NCBI GenBank assembly: GCA_965228855.1
Contig: CBDDIJ010000003.1
Span: 32,001 to 96,000 of the forward strand
Length of the DNA: 64,000 nt
From: Candidatus Obscuribacterales bacterium
Lineage (GTDB): Bacteria > Cyanobacteriota > Vampirovibrionia > Obscuribacterales > Obscuribacteraceae
Reading direction: 5' to 3'
Within the stretch, counting starts at the first letter, position 1, and each line of letters opens with the position of its first letter. This document shows, one piece after another, positions 9,554 to 18,358 of this stretch. A program made the translations under genes and the position numbers. The notes beneath the pieces were generated by a model. It searched no databases, was not told the DNA's origin, and saw only the letters and a program-made list of their open reading frames with translations.

Positions 9554-10561
9554 TCAGGCGTGAAGTTTGTCCGTCTCTTTGCGTTCGGTTGTTTGTGTTT
9601 TATGGTCTGACAAATAAAGCCGAGCTTTGAGAATGTCTTTGTTAATCTGCTCCTTGAGCTCTTCTGCGCCATTGAATTTTTGCTCTGCGCGAAGGAAGGA
9701 AAGAAATTCTATTTCCATTGTTTGACCGTAAAGGTCGCCTTTGTAATCGAGAAGGTGTGCCTCGACTGTAAGCGCGAGATTTACCGGAGCGCCGGGGTCT
9801 GCGTTCGGCGCGCCTTGTTCTTGTTGGAACGTAGGACGCAAGCCGATGTTGATGACGCTCGGGACCACTTGCTCTCCCATCTTTGCCAGACCTACGTATA
9901 CGCCTCGCTGCGGTACGACCTGGATTTCATTGAAGGCAAGGTTGGCTGTCGGGAAACCGAGCAAGCGACCGCGTTGATCACCGCGAACCACCGTCCCGTA
10001 AAGAGTGTACGGGCGTGATAAGAGGAGCGCAGCCTGTTCGAGTTCGTTATTCATAATCAATTCTCGAATTGCTGAACTCGACACCTCGTGCCCTTCAACG
10101 TTGATCATGTCAGCGACGTGAACGCTGAAACTGTGTTTCTTGCCCAATTTGTTCAGCAGGCTCGTATCACCCTCGGCGTCTTTGCCGAAATGGTGGTTCG
10201 GTCCAACGGAGATCGAGCGAGCGCCCAGGCTGCCCACGAGCATATGTTCAACATATTCGACTGGACTGAGCCGGCAGAGTTCTTCAGAAAATGTAAGTAC
10301 AAGCGCGAAATCAACGCCCATCTTCTCAAACAACTTCAGGCGCTGTTCGATCACAGTCAACAAAAGCGGAGAGCGTCCTTTAGTGAGTGTGCGGGGGTGA
10401 TCCTTAAAGGTCACGACTCCGCACGGCACCCCGAGCCTCAGAGCCTCTTCTTTTGCCTTGCCAATCACAACTTGGTGACCCGGGTGCACGCCGTCAAAAA
10501 ATCCGAGCGCGATAGCCGATTGCTTGCACAGTCCAGGTAAGGGTTCGTAGTAGGTTTCCAA
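9554..10561 (-). CDS. ribF: Bifunctional riboflavin kinase/FAD synthetase
   Basis: ALGFFDGVHPGH, VSSSAIR, GRLLGFPTAN, NIGLRPTF, EAHLLDY. Confidence 0.96.
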   Translation of the reverse strand: METYYEPLPGLCKQSAIALGFFDGVHPGHQVVIGKAKEEALRLGVPCGVVTFKDHPRTLTKGRSPLLLTVIEQRLKLFEKMGVDFALVLTFSEELCRLSPVEYVEHMLVGSLGARSISVGPNHHFGKDAEGDTSLLNKLGKKHSFSVHVADMINVEGHEVSSSAIRELIMNNELEQAALLLSRPYTLYGTVVRGDQRGRLLGFPTANLAFNEIQVVPQRGVYVGLAKMGEQVVPSVINIGLRPTFQQEQGAPNADPGAPVNLALTVEAHLLDYKGDLYGQTMEIEFLSFLRAEQKFNGAEELKEQINKDILKARLYLSDHKTQTTERKETDKLHA

Positions 10562-10814
10562 GGACTCTTCCTTTATTTAGGTGCATCGCAAAAGCGGTTG
10601 TCGGATTGGACAGATTTTGGCAATTAGTCTTGCTTTGCGGCTTGTGCCTGTTGGATATGCTTTTACTATAACGCGCGCAAGAGCTAAAACATACAAAACA
10701 ATCAGTGTATTGTAAACCAGACTGGGCCTTGCAGAAAGTCTAGAGAACTCTCATCTGTTATCCCGCTTAAATCCGCATAAATCCCCATATCAAGCGGCTT
10801 ACGCGCCTTGATTA

Positions 10815-10823
10815 TGGTAGAAT
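10815..10823 (+). promoter_or_regulatory. Putative extended -10 promoter element for gyrB
   Basis: TGGTAGAAT (TGn + TAGAAT) ~150 bp upstream of gyrB. Confidence 0.4.
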
Positions 10824-10972
10824 TATGATACGTGGAAAGCGTGGAAGAACAGGCTTTCGAAGCCGATTGTCGTCCATTGGTAGTTCGCTATCGCGTCAAT
10901 CGGGTGAGATGTCGAAACGTGTCTTCTATGCGCTGCGTATTCGTTATGTAATACCAGGGGTTCCTGACTGCT

Positions 10973-13015
10973 GTGACTAATTCAAATTCAAACAACGACG
11001 AAAACAAAGACGAGAAAGCGGCACCGTCCGAAGCTGAATACTCAGCCTCCAGTATCGATGTTCTCGAGGGTCTCGAAGCGGTTCGCAAAAGACCGGGCAT
11101 GTACATCGGAAGTACTGGACCGCGCGGTTTGCACCACCTGGTGTGGGAAATCGTCGACAACTCTGTAGACGAAGCACTGGCTGGACACTGCAATACCATT
11201 GAAGTGACCGTCAATGAAGACAGTTCCGTAACCGTTCGCGACAACGGTCGTGGCATCCCGGTCGGCATTGTTGCGAAGAGTGGAAAGAGCGGTGTTGAAA
11301 CCGTATTCACCATTCTCCACGCCGGCGGTAAGTTCGGCGGTGAAGGTGGATACAAAGTGTCCGGCGGTCTTCACGGTGTGGGCGCGTCCGTTGTAAACGC
11401 TCTATCCACACGTCTCGAAGTAGAAGTTTATCAAAACAGCAAGGTTCACAAACAAGCGTACAATCGCGGAACCGCAGATGGTGGCTTGGATGTGGTTGGA
11501 ACCACAGATAGGCGTGGAACGCAGGTCACTTTCTGGCCCGACCCTGAAATCTTCCATGACTACAACGAAGAGAACGAGCGTATTCAGATCGACTTTGACT
11601 GGGATACGCTCAATCACCGTTTGAGAGAAATGGCGTTTCTCAACAAAGGCTTGAGGATGATTGTCAAAGACAATCGCGTCAAAGCAGGAGAGGAGCCGAA
11701 GACGGCTGAGTATCACTATGAAGGTGGTATTGCCAGTTATGTCGAATACATCAACGACACTCGTGATGCCATTCACAAACCGCCGATTTATATCGAAGCC
11801 AGCCGCGACAACATTGTTGTAGAGTGCGCGGCTCAATGGACGACTGTCTACATGGAGTCGGTGTTCTCATATGTCAACAACATCAACACGCATGACGGCG
11901 GAACTCACCTTGCCGGTTTCAAAATTGCTCTGACTCGTGTTATCAATGATTATGCGAAACGGACCAACCTCGTTAAAGAAGGTGACCAGAACTTCACTGG
12001 CGAAGATGTTCGCGAAGGGATGACTGCGGTCGTTTCGGTAAAAGTTCCGGAACCGCAATTCGAAGGTCAGACCAAAGAACGTCTCGGCAACAGAGAAGTG
12101 CAAGGTATCGTTCAATCCATCGTTACGGAAGCACTTAACGACTGGCTCGAACTGAATCCTCAAGCTGCCAAGCAGATCGTAACCAAAGCACAGCTGGCGA
12201 AGAAAGCTCGTGAAGATGCCGCGAAGGCGAGGAACCTCGTGCGTCGCGCCTCAAACCTTGAAGGTTCTTCTCTGCCGGATAAGCTCTCTGATTGCTCAGA
12301 CAAAGATCCGACCAGATGCGAAGTTTATCTCGTTGAAGGTGACTCCGCCGGTGGTAGCGCCAAGCAAGGCCGCGATCGAACATTCCAGGCGATTCTTCCG
12401 TTGCGCGGTAAAATCTTGAACGTTGAAAGAGTTCAGCCCTCGCGCATTTACGAGAACGCTGAAGTTCAGGCAATGATCAGCGCACTCGGTTTGATCGTCA
12501 AGGAAGAGGACGATGAAGGTGGTGGCAAGAAGGGCGGAATTCTCAGACCCAATGCTGAGAATCTTGACCTCGACAAACTCCGCTATCACAAAGTCATTAT
12601 CATGACTGACGCAGACGTCGACGGCTCGCACATCAGAACGCTCATCCTTACATTCTTCTTCCGTTATGCAAGACAGCTGGTGGAAAAAGGTTATGTCTAC
12701 ATCGCGCAACCGCCGTTGTTCAAGGTCGAAAAGGGCAAGCGTGTCGAATACTGCTACAACGAGCATAAGCTCGAAGCGATACTTGCGGAAATGGGCGAAA
12801 AGGCTGTAATCCAGCGATTCAAAGGTCTCGGTGAAATGATGCCCCAGCAGCTCTGGGATACAACCATGAATCCTGAGACTCGCATCTTGAAGAAGGTCAC
12901 CGTAGAGGACGCCTCCGAAGCGGAGCACATCTTCGACCTGCTAATGGGTGAAGCGGTCGCTCCAAGACGCGAGTTCATCGAGAAAAACGCACACTTCGCG
13001 AAACTGGATGTCTAA
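10973..13015 (+). CDS. gyrB: DNA gyrase subunit B
   Basis: [62 protein letters not shown]. Confidence 0.98.
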   Translation: MTNSNSNNDENKDEKAAPSEAEYSASSIDVLEGLEAVRKRPGMYIGSTGPRGLHHLVWEIVDNSVDEALAGHCNTIEVTVNEDSSVTVRDNGRGIPVGIVAKSGKSGVETVFTILHAGGKFGGEGGYKVSGGLHGVGASVVNALSTRLEVEVYQNSKVHKQAYNRGTADGGLDVVGTTDRRGTQVTFWPDPEIFHDYNEENERIQIDFDWDTLNHRLREMAFLNKGLRMIVKDNRVKAGEEPKTAEYHYEGGIASYVEYINDTRDAIHKPPIYIEASRDNIVVECAAQWTTVYMESVFSYVNNINTHDGGTHLAGFKIALTRVINDYAKRTNLVKEGDQNFTGEDVREGMTAVVSVKVPEPQFEGQTKERLGNREVQGIVQSIVTEALNDWLELNPQAAKQIVTKAQLAKKAREDAAKARNLVRRASNLEGSSLPDKLSDCSDKDPTRCEVYLVEGDSAGGSAKQGRDRTFQAILPLRGKILNVERVQPSRIYENAEVQAMISALGLIVKEEDDEGGGKKGGILRPNAENLDLDKLRYHKVIIMTDADVDGSHIRTLILTFFFRYARQLVEKGYVYIAQPPLFKVEKGKRVEYCYNEHKLEAILAEMGEKAVIQRFKGLGEMMPQQLWDTTMNPETRILKKVTVEDASEAEHIFDLLMGEAVAPRREFIEKNAHFAKLDV

Positions 13016-13679
13016 GGAAGAGCCAACTTCTACGACTGCACAACCGGAGCAAATGCAATCGCAGGCGAGCTCCGGCGCGACTTTGAACGTTCCAAACACA
13101 GTAACTGTCGGTCGCGTGTTTCTCGCTATTGGCACGCTATGTTTGTTATGGCAGCCGGCAGATTCTATGAAGTGGACGGCATTTATCCTGACCATTCTTG
13201 TGATCTGGATGGACGGCATCGACGGATATCTGGCGCGAAAGCTCAAGCAGACATCAAAACTTGGCGGCATTCTCGACATCGCGGGCGATCGTGTTGTCGA
13301 GATGGCCTACTGGATCTGCTTTGCTGTTTTAAACTGGATTCCTGTTTGGATCCCACTTTTGTTTCTCGTGCGAGGGACATTTGTTGACGCCATTCGCGCT
13401 CATGCGTCGGAGCAAGGCTTCACCGCATTCGGTCAGAACACGATGATGCAGAGTCCAATTGGTAAATTTTTAGTCGCCTCCAATTTCAGCCGTTTCACCT
13501 ATGCGGTCGTAAAGGCAGTCGCCTTTTGTTTGGTCGTGGGGGCGCATACGCAGCTGGGTCAGCAATGGTCTCTGGAGCCGATAGCGATGTTTTTCGTTTA
13601 TTTTTCCGCGGTCTTCTGCGTTATTAGAGGACTGCCGGTCATCCTCGAGTCCAAGTCAGTTTTCCAGCACCGCGCCTAG
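13008..13679 (+). CDS. CDP-alcohol phosphatidyltransferase (PgsA-like)
   Basis: PNTVTVGR and [27 protein letters not shown] signature; ATG 13008 overlaps the gyrB stop. Confidence 0.9.
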   Translation: MSKEEPTSTTAQPEQMQSQASSGATLNVPNTVTVGRVFLAIGTLCLLWQPADSMKWTAFILTILVIWMDGIDGYLARKLKQTSKLGGILDIAGDRVVEMAYWICFAVLNWIPVWIPLLFLVRGTFVDAIRAHASEQGFTAFGQNTMMQSPIGKFLVASNFSRFTYAVVKAVAFCLVVGAHTQLGQQWSLEPIAMFFVYFSAVFCVIRGLPVILESKSVFQHRA

Positions 13680-13710
13680 TGGCACAGTGCTGCCACCGTA
13701 GCTGGTGGCG

Positions 13711-14775
13711 CTATTGCTTGTTGTCGCCAGTGTGTTGCTGGTCTGATTGATTCGATTGTCCGGCACCACCCCAGGGCTTGTTGAAGATGTTGTCCTGGTC
13801 CTCGGCGCTGCTGCCCCAGGATGAACTGTTGACCTTCTTTCCGCCCTGAGACATGGCCTGACCGCCAATACCCCATTGGGTTTGATCTCTGGTTTTACCG
13901 GCACCGTAATTGGTGTCTTTTTGATCGGCTCCCCATCCGGAAGGCTTCTGATTCGGATTGTTTACTTCGATCGATCCGACTGTGGAACTGCCGGCCCAGC
14001 TTCTTGAGTCGGATGGCTGCTTGGGCTTGCTCATATCAATCTTTTTGCCGGCGACATATGAGAAGCCTTTCTGAACTTGTTCGGTCGGACGCTTGGTCAC
14101 ATCCATTCGCTTTTGATCCTCTGTGCCTTCCTGGTGCATTTTTCGAGGATTGCGGGTAAACAGCTCCGGCGTGAAATCCCGCTCGTTCGTCTGATACCAC
14201 TTCGGTCGGATTACCGTACCGTGATTGGCTTTGCCCTGTGTGTTCACCAGATCATCTTCACGAGGGTTGGGGTCAGGTGGTGCCAGGAACTGGCGATGTT
14301 TTTCGAGAGCCTGCACATCGAGGTGTTTGGGTCCGAGATTTCTTTTTGCGAACGCTTCCAGTCGCTCGAGCCAGCGAAGCTCACGTTCTCTTTCCGACTT
14401 GCTTACCTGGGCTGTCTTTGTGACGAGCTCCTGCAAAGTCGCCGTTCTCGACTGGGTTTCATTCGGTTGACGCCAGACGTTCATGTGGAAAAGCTGGTGG
14501 TTGACGACATCACGCACCATGGACTTGGTTCTCGTATCCAGCGCGCGTTTCCCCTGAAGTTGGCCTTCGGCCAACTTGTAGGACTGGTCGAACATATTCA
14601 GGGCGCCGTTTTTGTCTCCCTTGTGCCACATCCGCAGCCCGACCTGGTCGTAGTAGTACCATTTCGGCCAGGTCTGCCGTTCTCCCGAGCCGTAGGGATT
14701 CGCGGCCGAACCGGGTGATGCCTGTAGCAGTAGAGTGGCTGCGACTGCGAGGAAGGTGATGGCTTTCCCTTTCAT
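13711..14775 (-). CDS. Secreted hypothetical protein, helical N-terminal region and WG-motif low-complexity tail
   Basis: Signal peptide MKGKAITFLAVAATLLLQASPGSA; starts 5 bp after the GT9 stop. Confidence 0.75.
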   Translation of the reverse strand: MKGKAITFLAVAATLLLQASPGSAANPYGSGERQTWPKWYYYDQVGLRMWHKGDKNGALNMFDQSYKLAEGQLQGKRALDTRTKSMVRDVVNHQLFHMNVWRQPNETQSRTATLQELVTKTAQVSKSERERELRWLERLEAFAKRNLGPKHLDVQALEKHRQFLAPPDPNPREDDLVNTQGKANHGTVIRPKWYQTNERDFTPELFTRNPRKMHQEGTEDQKRMDVTKRPTEQVQKGFSYVAGKKIDMSKPKQPSDSRSWAGSSTVGSIEVNNPNQKPSGWGADQKDTNYGAGKTRDQTQWGIGGQAMSQGGKKVNSSSWGSSAEDQDNIFNKPWGGAGQSNQSDQQHTGDNKQ

Positions 14776-14780
14776 TTTCT

Positions 14781-15851
14781 TTACTCCACTGTCAGGACCT
14801 GGCTATTTTTCTTTTTGCTTAGAAGTTGCCTTGCGGCGTCGATCACTTTTGATGGTGCTAGAGCAGTCAGGCACTGCCTTTGATCGTCGCAAGTTTTCTT
14901 ATAATGGCAGGGGCGGCATTCAAGCGTTTCATCAAAAACCGCTTGGGTTAGTTCGCCCAGTGGTCTCCAGCGATTCGGGTCGGTCGGACCGAACAGAGTG
15001 ACCGTTGGAACTCCTGCAGCGCATGCTAGATGGGCTGGGCCGGAGTCTACGCAAACGGCGAGATCCATCTCTTTATAGAGAGCCATGCTCTCTCTTACCG
15101 TCAGCTCTCCTGCCATATTAACACTTTTCACGCCTGCTGCGGTTTCAAGCTTTTCGTAGGTCTCCCGGTCGCTTTTGTCTCCGGTGAAAAATGGCGTCAT
15201 GCCGAACTCGGCACTGAGACCTCGTAAAACCTCGGCCCATAACTCAAGCGGGTAAGTCTTGTCCGGATGAGCGGCTGCCGCGTGAATGAGCATGCGTTTT
15301 TCGTGTGAATGCAAGTCCGGTATCTTCGCGATTACTGAGGCGGTCTCCTCCTGGCTGATCCAGGCTTCCAGATGCTTGTCCTGAGGCTTGACGCCCACGG
15401 CTTCGAGCACATTGAGCACTGAATCGACTTCATGAATGTCGGTATTCCAAGGCACTTTGTGGGTGAGAAGGAAGGAGCGCCCTTCCGTTGCGTAACCGGC
15501 TCGCACCTTTGCGCCCGTTGCGAATGCCAGAAACGCTGATGACAGGGAGCGTTTGAGAACGAAGACCGCATCATATTTCCGCTTTCGCATCTCAAAAACA
15601 TACGACCAGTAACTTTTCTTTTTGCCTTCACCGCGGTCGTATTTGTGAAAACGCGTGGTATCAAAATTGATAAACTCGTCGACGTAAGGGCAATTCTCGA
15701 TTACCTTCCCGCTCACTGGACCAACCAGCATATCAATTTTGGCATCCGGACAGGCTCGTCGAAGATTTCGCAAAAACGGAACGGCTAAAATCGTGTCGCC
15801 GAGAAAGCGATAACGAATAATCAAAATTCGTTTGGCGTCGAACATCATCAA
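14781..15851 (-). CDS. waaF: LPS heptosyltransferase (GT9, WaaF-like)
   Basis: RILIIRYRFLGDTIL, DSGPAHLA, TLFGPT; in operon with lpxK and waaA. Confidence 0.82.
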   Translation of the reverse strand: MMMFDAKRILIIRYRFLGDTILAVPFLRNLRRACPDAKIDMLVGPVSGKVIENCPYVDEFINFDTTRFHKYDRGEGKKKSYWSYVFEMRKRKYDAVFVLKRSLSSAFLAFATGAKVRAGYATEGRSFLLTHKVPWNTDIHEVDSVLNVLEAVGVKPQDKHLEAWISQEETASVIAKIPDLHSHEKRMLIHAAAAHPDKTYPLELWAEVLRGLSAEFGMTPFFTGDKSDRETYEKLETAAGVKSVNMAGELTVRESMALYKEMDLAVCVDSGPAHLACAAGVPTVTLFGPTDPNRWRPLGELTQAVFDETLECRPCHYKKTCDDQRQCLTALAPSKVIDAARQLLSKKKNSQVLTVE

Positions 15852-16927
15852 TCTCCCGCCGATGTCACAGGAAGTTTGAATTCAGGCGGAGAGCCAATCC
15901 ACTCGGTTTCCATCGCGAGCGCCACCACTTTTTCTTTTAACTTCTCTGGCAGATCGAGACGCACCAGATCCTTTTCGGTTGTGACGATCAGAGTCGCTCC
16001 GCTTTTGTGCAAAACCGATTTCAGATTATTCAATTCTCCTTCCGAGAACCAGTGGTGGTCGGGGAATGCGTGGAGTGAGACAACTTCGACGCCGAGTTGA
16101 GATAGAGAGTCGACGAAAGCGCTCGGTCTGGCGATGCCGCAAAGTGCGAGTACCTTTTGCCCGGAAATTTGGGAAAAACTCAAATCGCCTCTGCCATCCA
16201 TTCTTCGCAAAGAGGCCGGTCTGAAGCGGCACATAGAGACTTGCGCCTGCGGGGCGTACTTCTCTGCTAGGTCTTGAAACCGGCGCATTCTCTGGGGATC
16301 TGGGTAGGGTGGAACTTTACTGATTACTATATGCGTCGCTCTTCCCAGGGCGCTAAATGGTTCACGCAAACGACCAGCCGGAACGAGCGAGTCATCTAGT
16401 GTTTCGCTATAGTCGAGGAGAACGACATCGAAGTCGCGTCGGAGTTTTAAGTGTTGAAAGCCATCGTCGAGTACAATCAAGTCGCAGTTGAAGGTATCAG
16501 ATGCGATGGCAGACGTGGAACTTCTATCCTTGCCCGAAATCACGACTGTCTGCGGTAGAGCTTGGGCCATCATGAATGGTTCGTCGCCTGCTTCTGCGCA
16601 TGACGAAAGAATTTGTTTGCCATCACTGACGACGGTGTATTCGTCTGTCGATTTCCGTTTATATCCTCTCGACAGTATCGCGATTCTCTTGCCATCGGCT
16701 ACGAGACGTTTCGTGATATCAATTGTGACCGGCGTTTTGCCGGTTCCGCCCACCGACAAATTGCCAACGCTGATCACTGGAACGCTCGGACGCACCCGAG
16801 TCATGAGACCTTCGGCATAAGCCTTCATTCGGACGAATCCGATTCCACCGTACACAAAAGAAGGCGGGAGCAATAGCGTCTTTGCCACTGGATTCGCGAT
16901 AATCTTCGAGTATAGATCTTCAGCCAT
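15848..16927 (-). CDS. lpxK: Tetraacyldisaccharide 4'-kinase
   Basis: VISVGNLSVGGTGKTP, LSRGY, GDEP, LDDGFQH, PAGRLRE, FPDHH, TTEKD. Confidence 0.96.
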   Translation of the reverse strand: MAEDLYSKIIANPVAKTLLLPPSFVYGGIGFVRMKAYAEGLMTRVRPSVPVISVGNLSVGGTGKTPVTIDITKRLVADGKRIAILSRGYKRKSTDEYTVVSDGKQILSSCAEAGDEPFMMAQALPQTVVISGKDRSSTSAIASDTFNCDLIVLDDGFQHLKLRRDFDVVLLDYSETLDDSLVPAGRLREPFSALGRATHIVISKVPPYPDPQRMRRFQDLAEKYAPQAQVSMCRFRPASLRRMDGRGDLSFSQISGQKVLALCGIARPSAFVDSLSQLGVEVVSLHAFPDHHWFSEGELNNLKSVLHKSGATLIVTTEKDLVRLDLPEKLKEKVVALAMETEWIGSPPEFKLPVTSAGD

Positions 16928-18248
16928 GTTTCGCCACGAATTCGGAGCGCGACTGTTGAGACCCGAGTGTCTCGATTATCAACTTCATGGTTCTATCGAC
17001 CGCGCCTTGATTTTGATTTATCCAGTCCAATCCTTTCTTTCCAAGTATGCGTGCGGGTTCCTGGTCTCGATGAAACTCGCAGAGTTTTGCTGTGAGTTCT
17101 TGAGGGGTATGCACCATGACCAGGCACTCTAAATCCATCAATGCATTGGCGATGTCTCGGGTTTTATGAACGTGAGGTCCGCAGATGGTGGGAACCGAAT
17201 AGGCATAGGGCTCAAGGAGGTTGTGTCCGCCGACGTTTTTGATTGTGCCACCTACGAAACCAACAGTCGCAAGCGAATAATAACGTGCAAGTTGACCCAG
17301 ACCGTCGAGAATATACACGTCTTTATCGTCAACAAACTTCTCGTCTTTGCTGAATCGCTTTGGTTGAAAACCGCTTGCCGCGACGAGTTCCACAACCTTT
17401 TCGAATCGTTCCGGATGGCGCGGGGCGATAATCAATCTTGGACGCGGCAGACTCAAGCCGGCAGCGAAACTCTCCAGTAGTTGTTTGTGTGCCGCCAGCA
17501 ATGCGCTTTCTTCGCCGTCGTGCGTGGACCCAGCTACGATTACAAAATCTTTTTCGGAAACGTTTACTCGTTCTCTCAGGTGACCGACAATGGTATCACC
17601 CTCGGTGCGCAGTCCGTCCAATTTCATATTGCCGGTAACCACCACGGGTATGTTCTGTCCCGCAACGGCTCGATAGCGCTTAGCCTCGCTCTCCGACTGT
17701 GCGGCGATTTGGGTGTATTTGCGCAAGGCATTTCCGAAGAAAAATCTGAAACGGTTGTATGACTTGAATGACTTTGGTGACATTCTGCCGTTCGCCAATA
17801 ACGTTTTGATTCCGCGCTGGCGGCACTGGGTTAAGAAGCCCGGCCAGAGCTCAGTCTCTGCAATCACTACCATTTGCGGCTTAAGTGCATCAAGCCATTT
17901 GCCTGTGGCGAACGGGAGGTCGAACGGAAAGTAGAAGACGCGAGCGAATCGACCGACACGCTCTTGTGCCAGAGTCTGACCGGTGAGGGTCGTGGTGGAA
18001 ACTACAATTGGTAATTCCGGCATCTCTTCGTGAATTCTGTCGATAAGTGGTTTCACAGCATTGAACTCACCTACGGAAACCGCGTGAATCCAGATACCGA
18101 ATTTCAACTTATCGGCATCCAGGGCGATTGGGCTGGGAATGTTGCCGAACTTTTGAAATAGCCCGGCTCGTGCTTTTTTCTGCAGCAGCAAGAACGGTCC
18201 TGCGATGACGAGGACCAGGGCAAAAACAAGATAATAAACAACAATCAC
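16920..18248 (-). CDS. waaA: 3-deoxy-D-manno-octulosonic acid (Kdo) transferase
   Basis: WIHAVSVGE, PFDLP, ETELWP, AGSTH, APRHPER, GGHNLLEP. Confidence 0.96.
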   Translation of the reverse strand: MIVVYYLVFALVLVIAGPFLLLQKKARAGLFQKFGNIPSPIALDADKLKFGIWIHAVSVGEFNAVKPLIDRIHEEMPELPIVVSTTTLTGQTLAQERVGRFARVFYFPFDLPFATGKWLDALKPQMVVIAETELWPGFLTQCRQRGIKTLLANGRMSPKSFKSYNRFRFFFGNALRKYTQIAAQSESEAKRYRAVAGQNIPVVVTGNMKLDGLRTEGDTIVGHLRERVNVSEKDFVIVAGSTHDGEESALLAAHKQLLESFAAGLSLPRPRLIIAPRHPERFEKVVELVAASGFQPKRFSKDEKFVDDKDVYILDGLGQLARYYSLATVGFVGGTIKNVGGHNLLEPYAYSVPTICGPHVHKTRDIANALMDLECLVMVHTPQELTAKLCEFHRDQEPARILGKKGLDWINQNQGAVDRTMKLIIETLGSQQSRSEFVAKHG

Positions 18249-18358
18249 TTCAATAATGTGCCTGAGCCGATCGGCAGAGAAAGAATCCGATGGATATCTC
18301 TCGCATGCGCTTTGTACAAGAGCGATATTTGTGCTCGGAAAGCGCGCAAGAAGCTATT

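Noticed and set aside
10562..10972. oriC between recF/ribF and gyrB
   Set aside because: No dnaA/dnaN and no cluster of good DnaA boxes; only matches with 2 or more mismatches.
10973..13015. Intein in GyrB
   Set aside because: Length is normal, inserts are under ~20 aa, and there are no splicing motifs.
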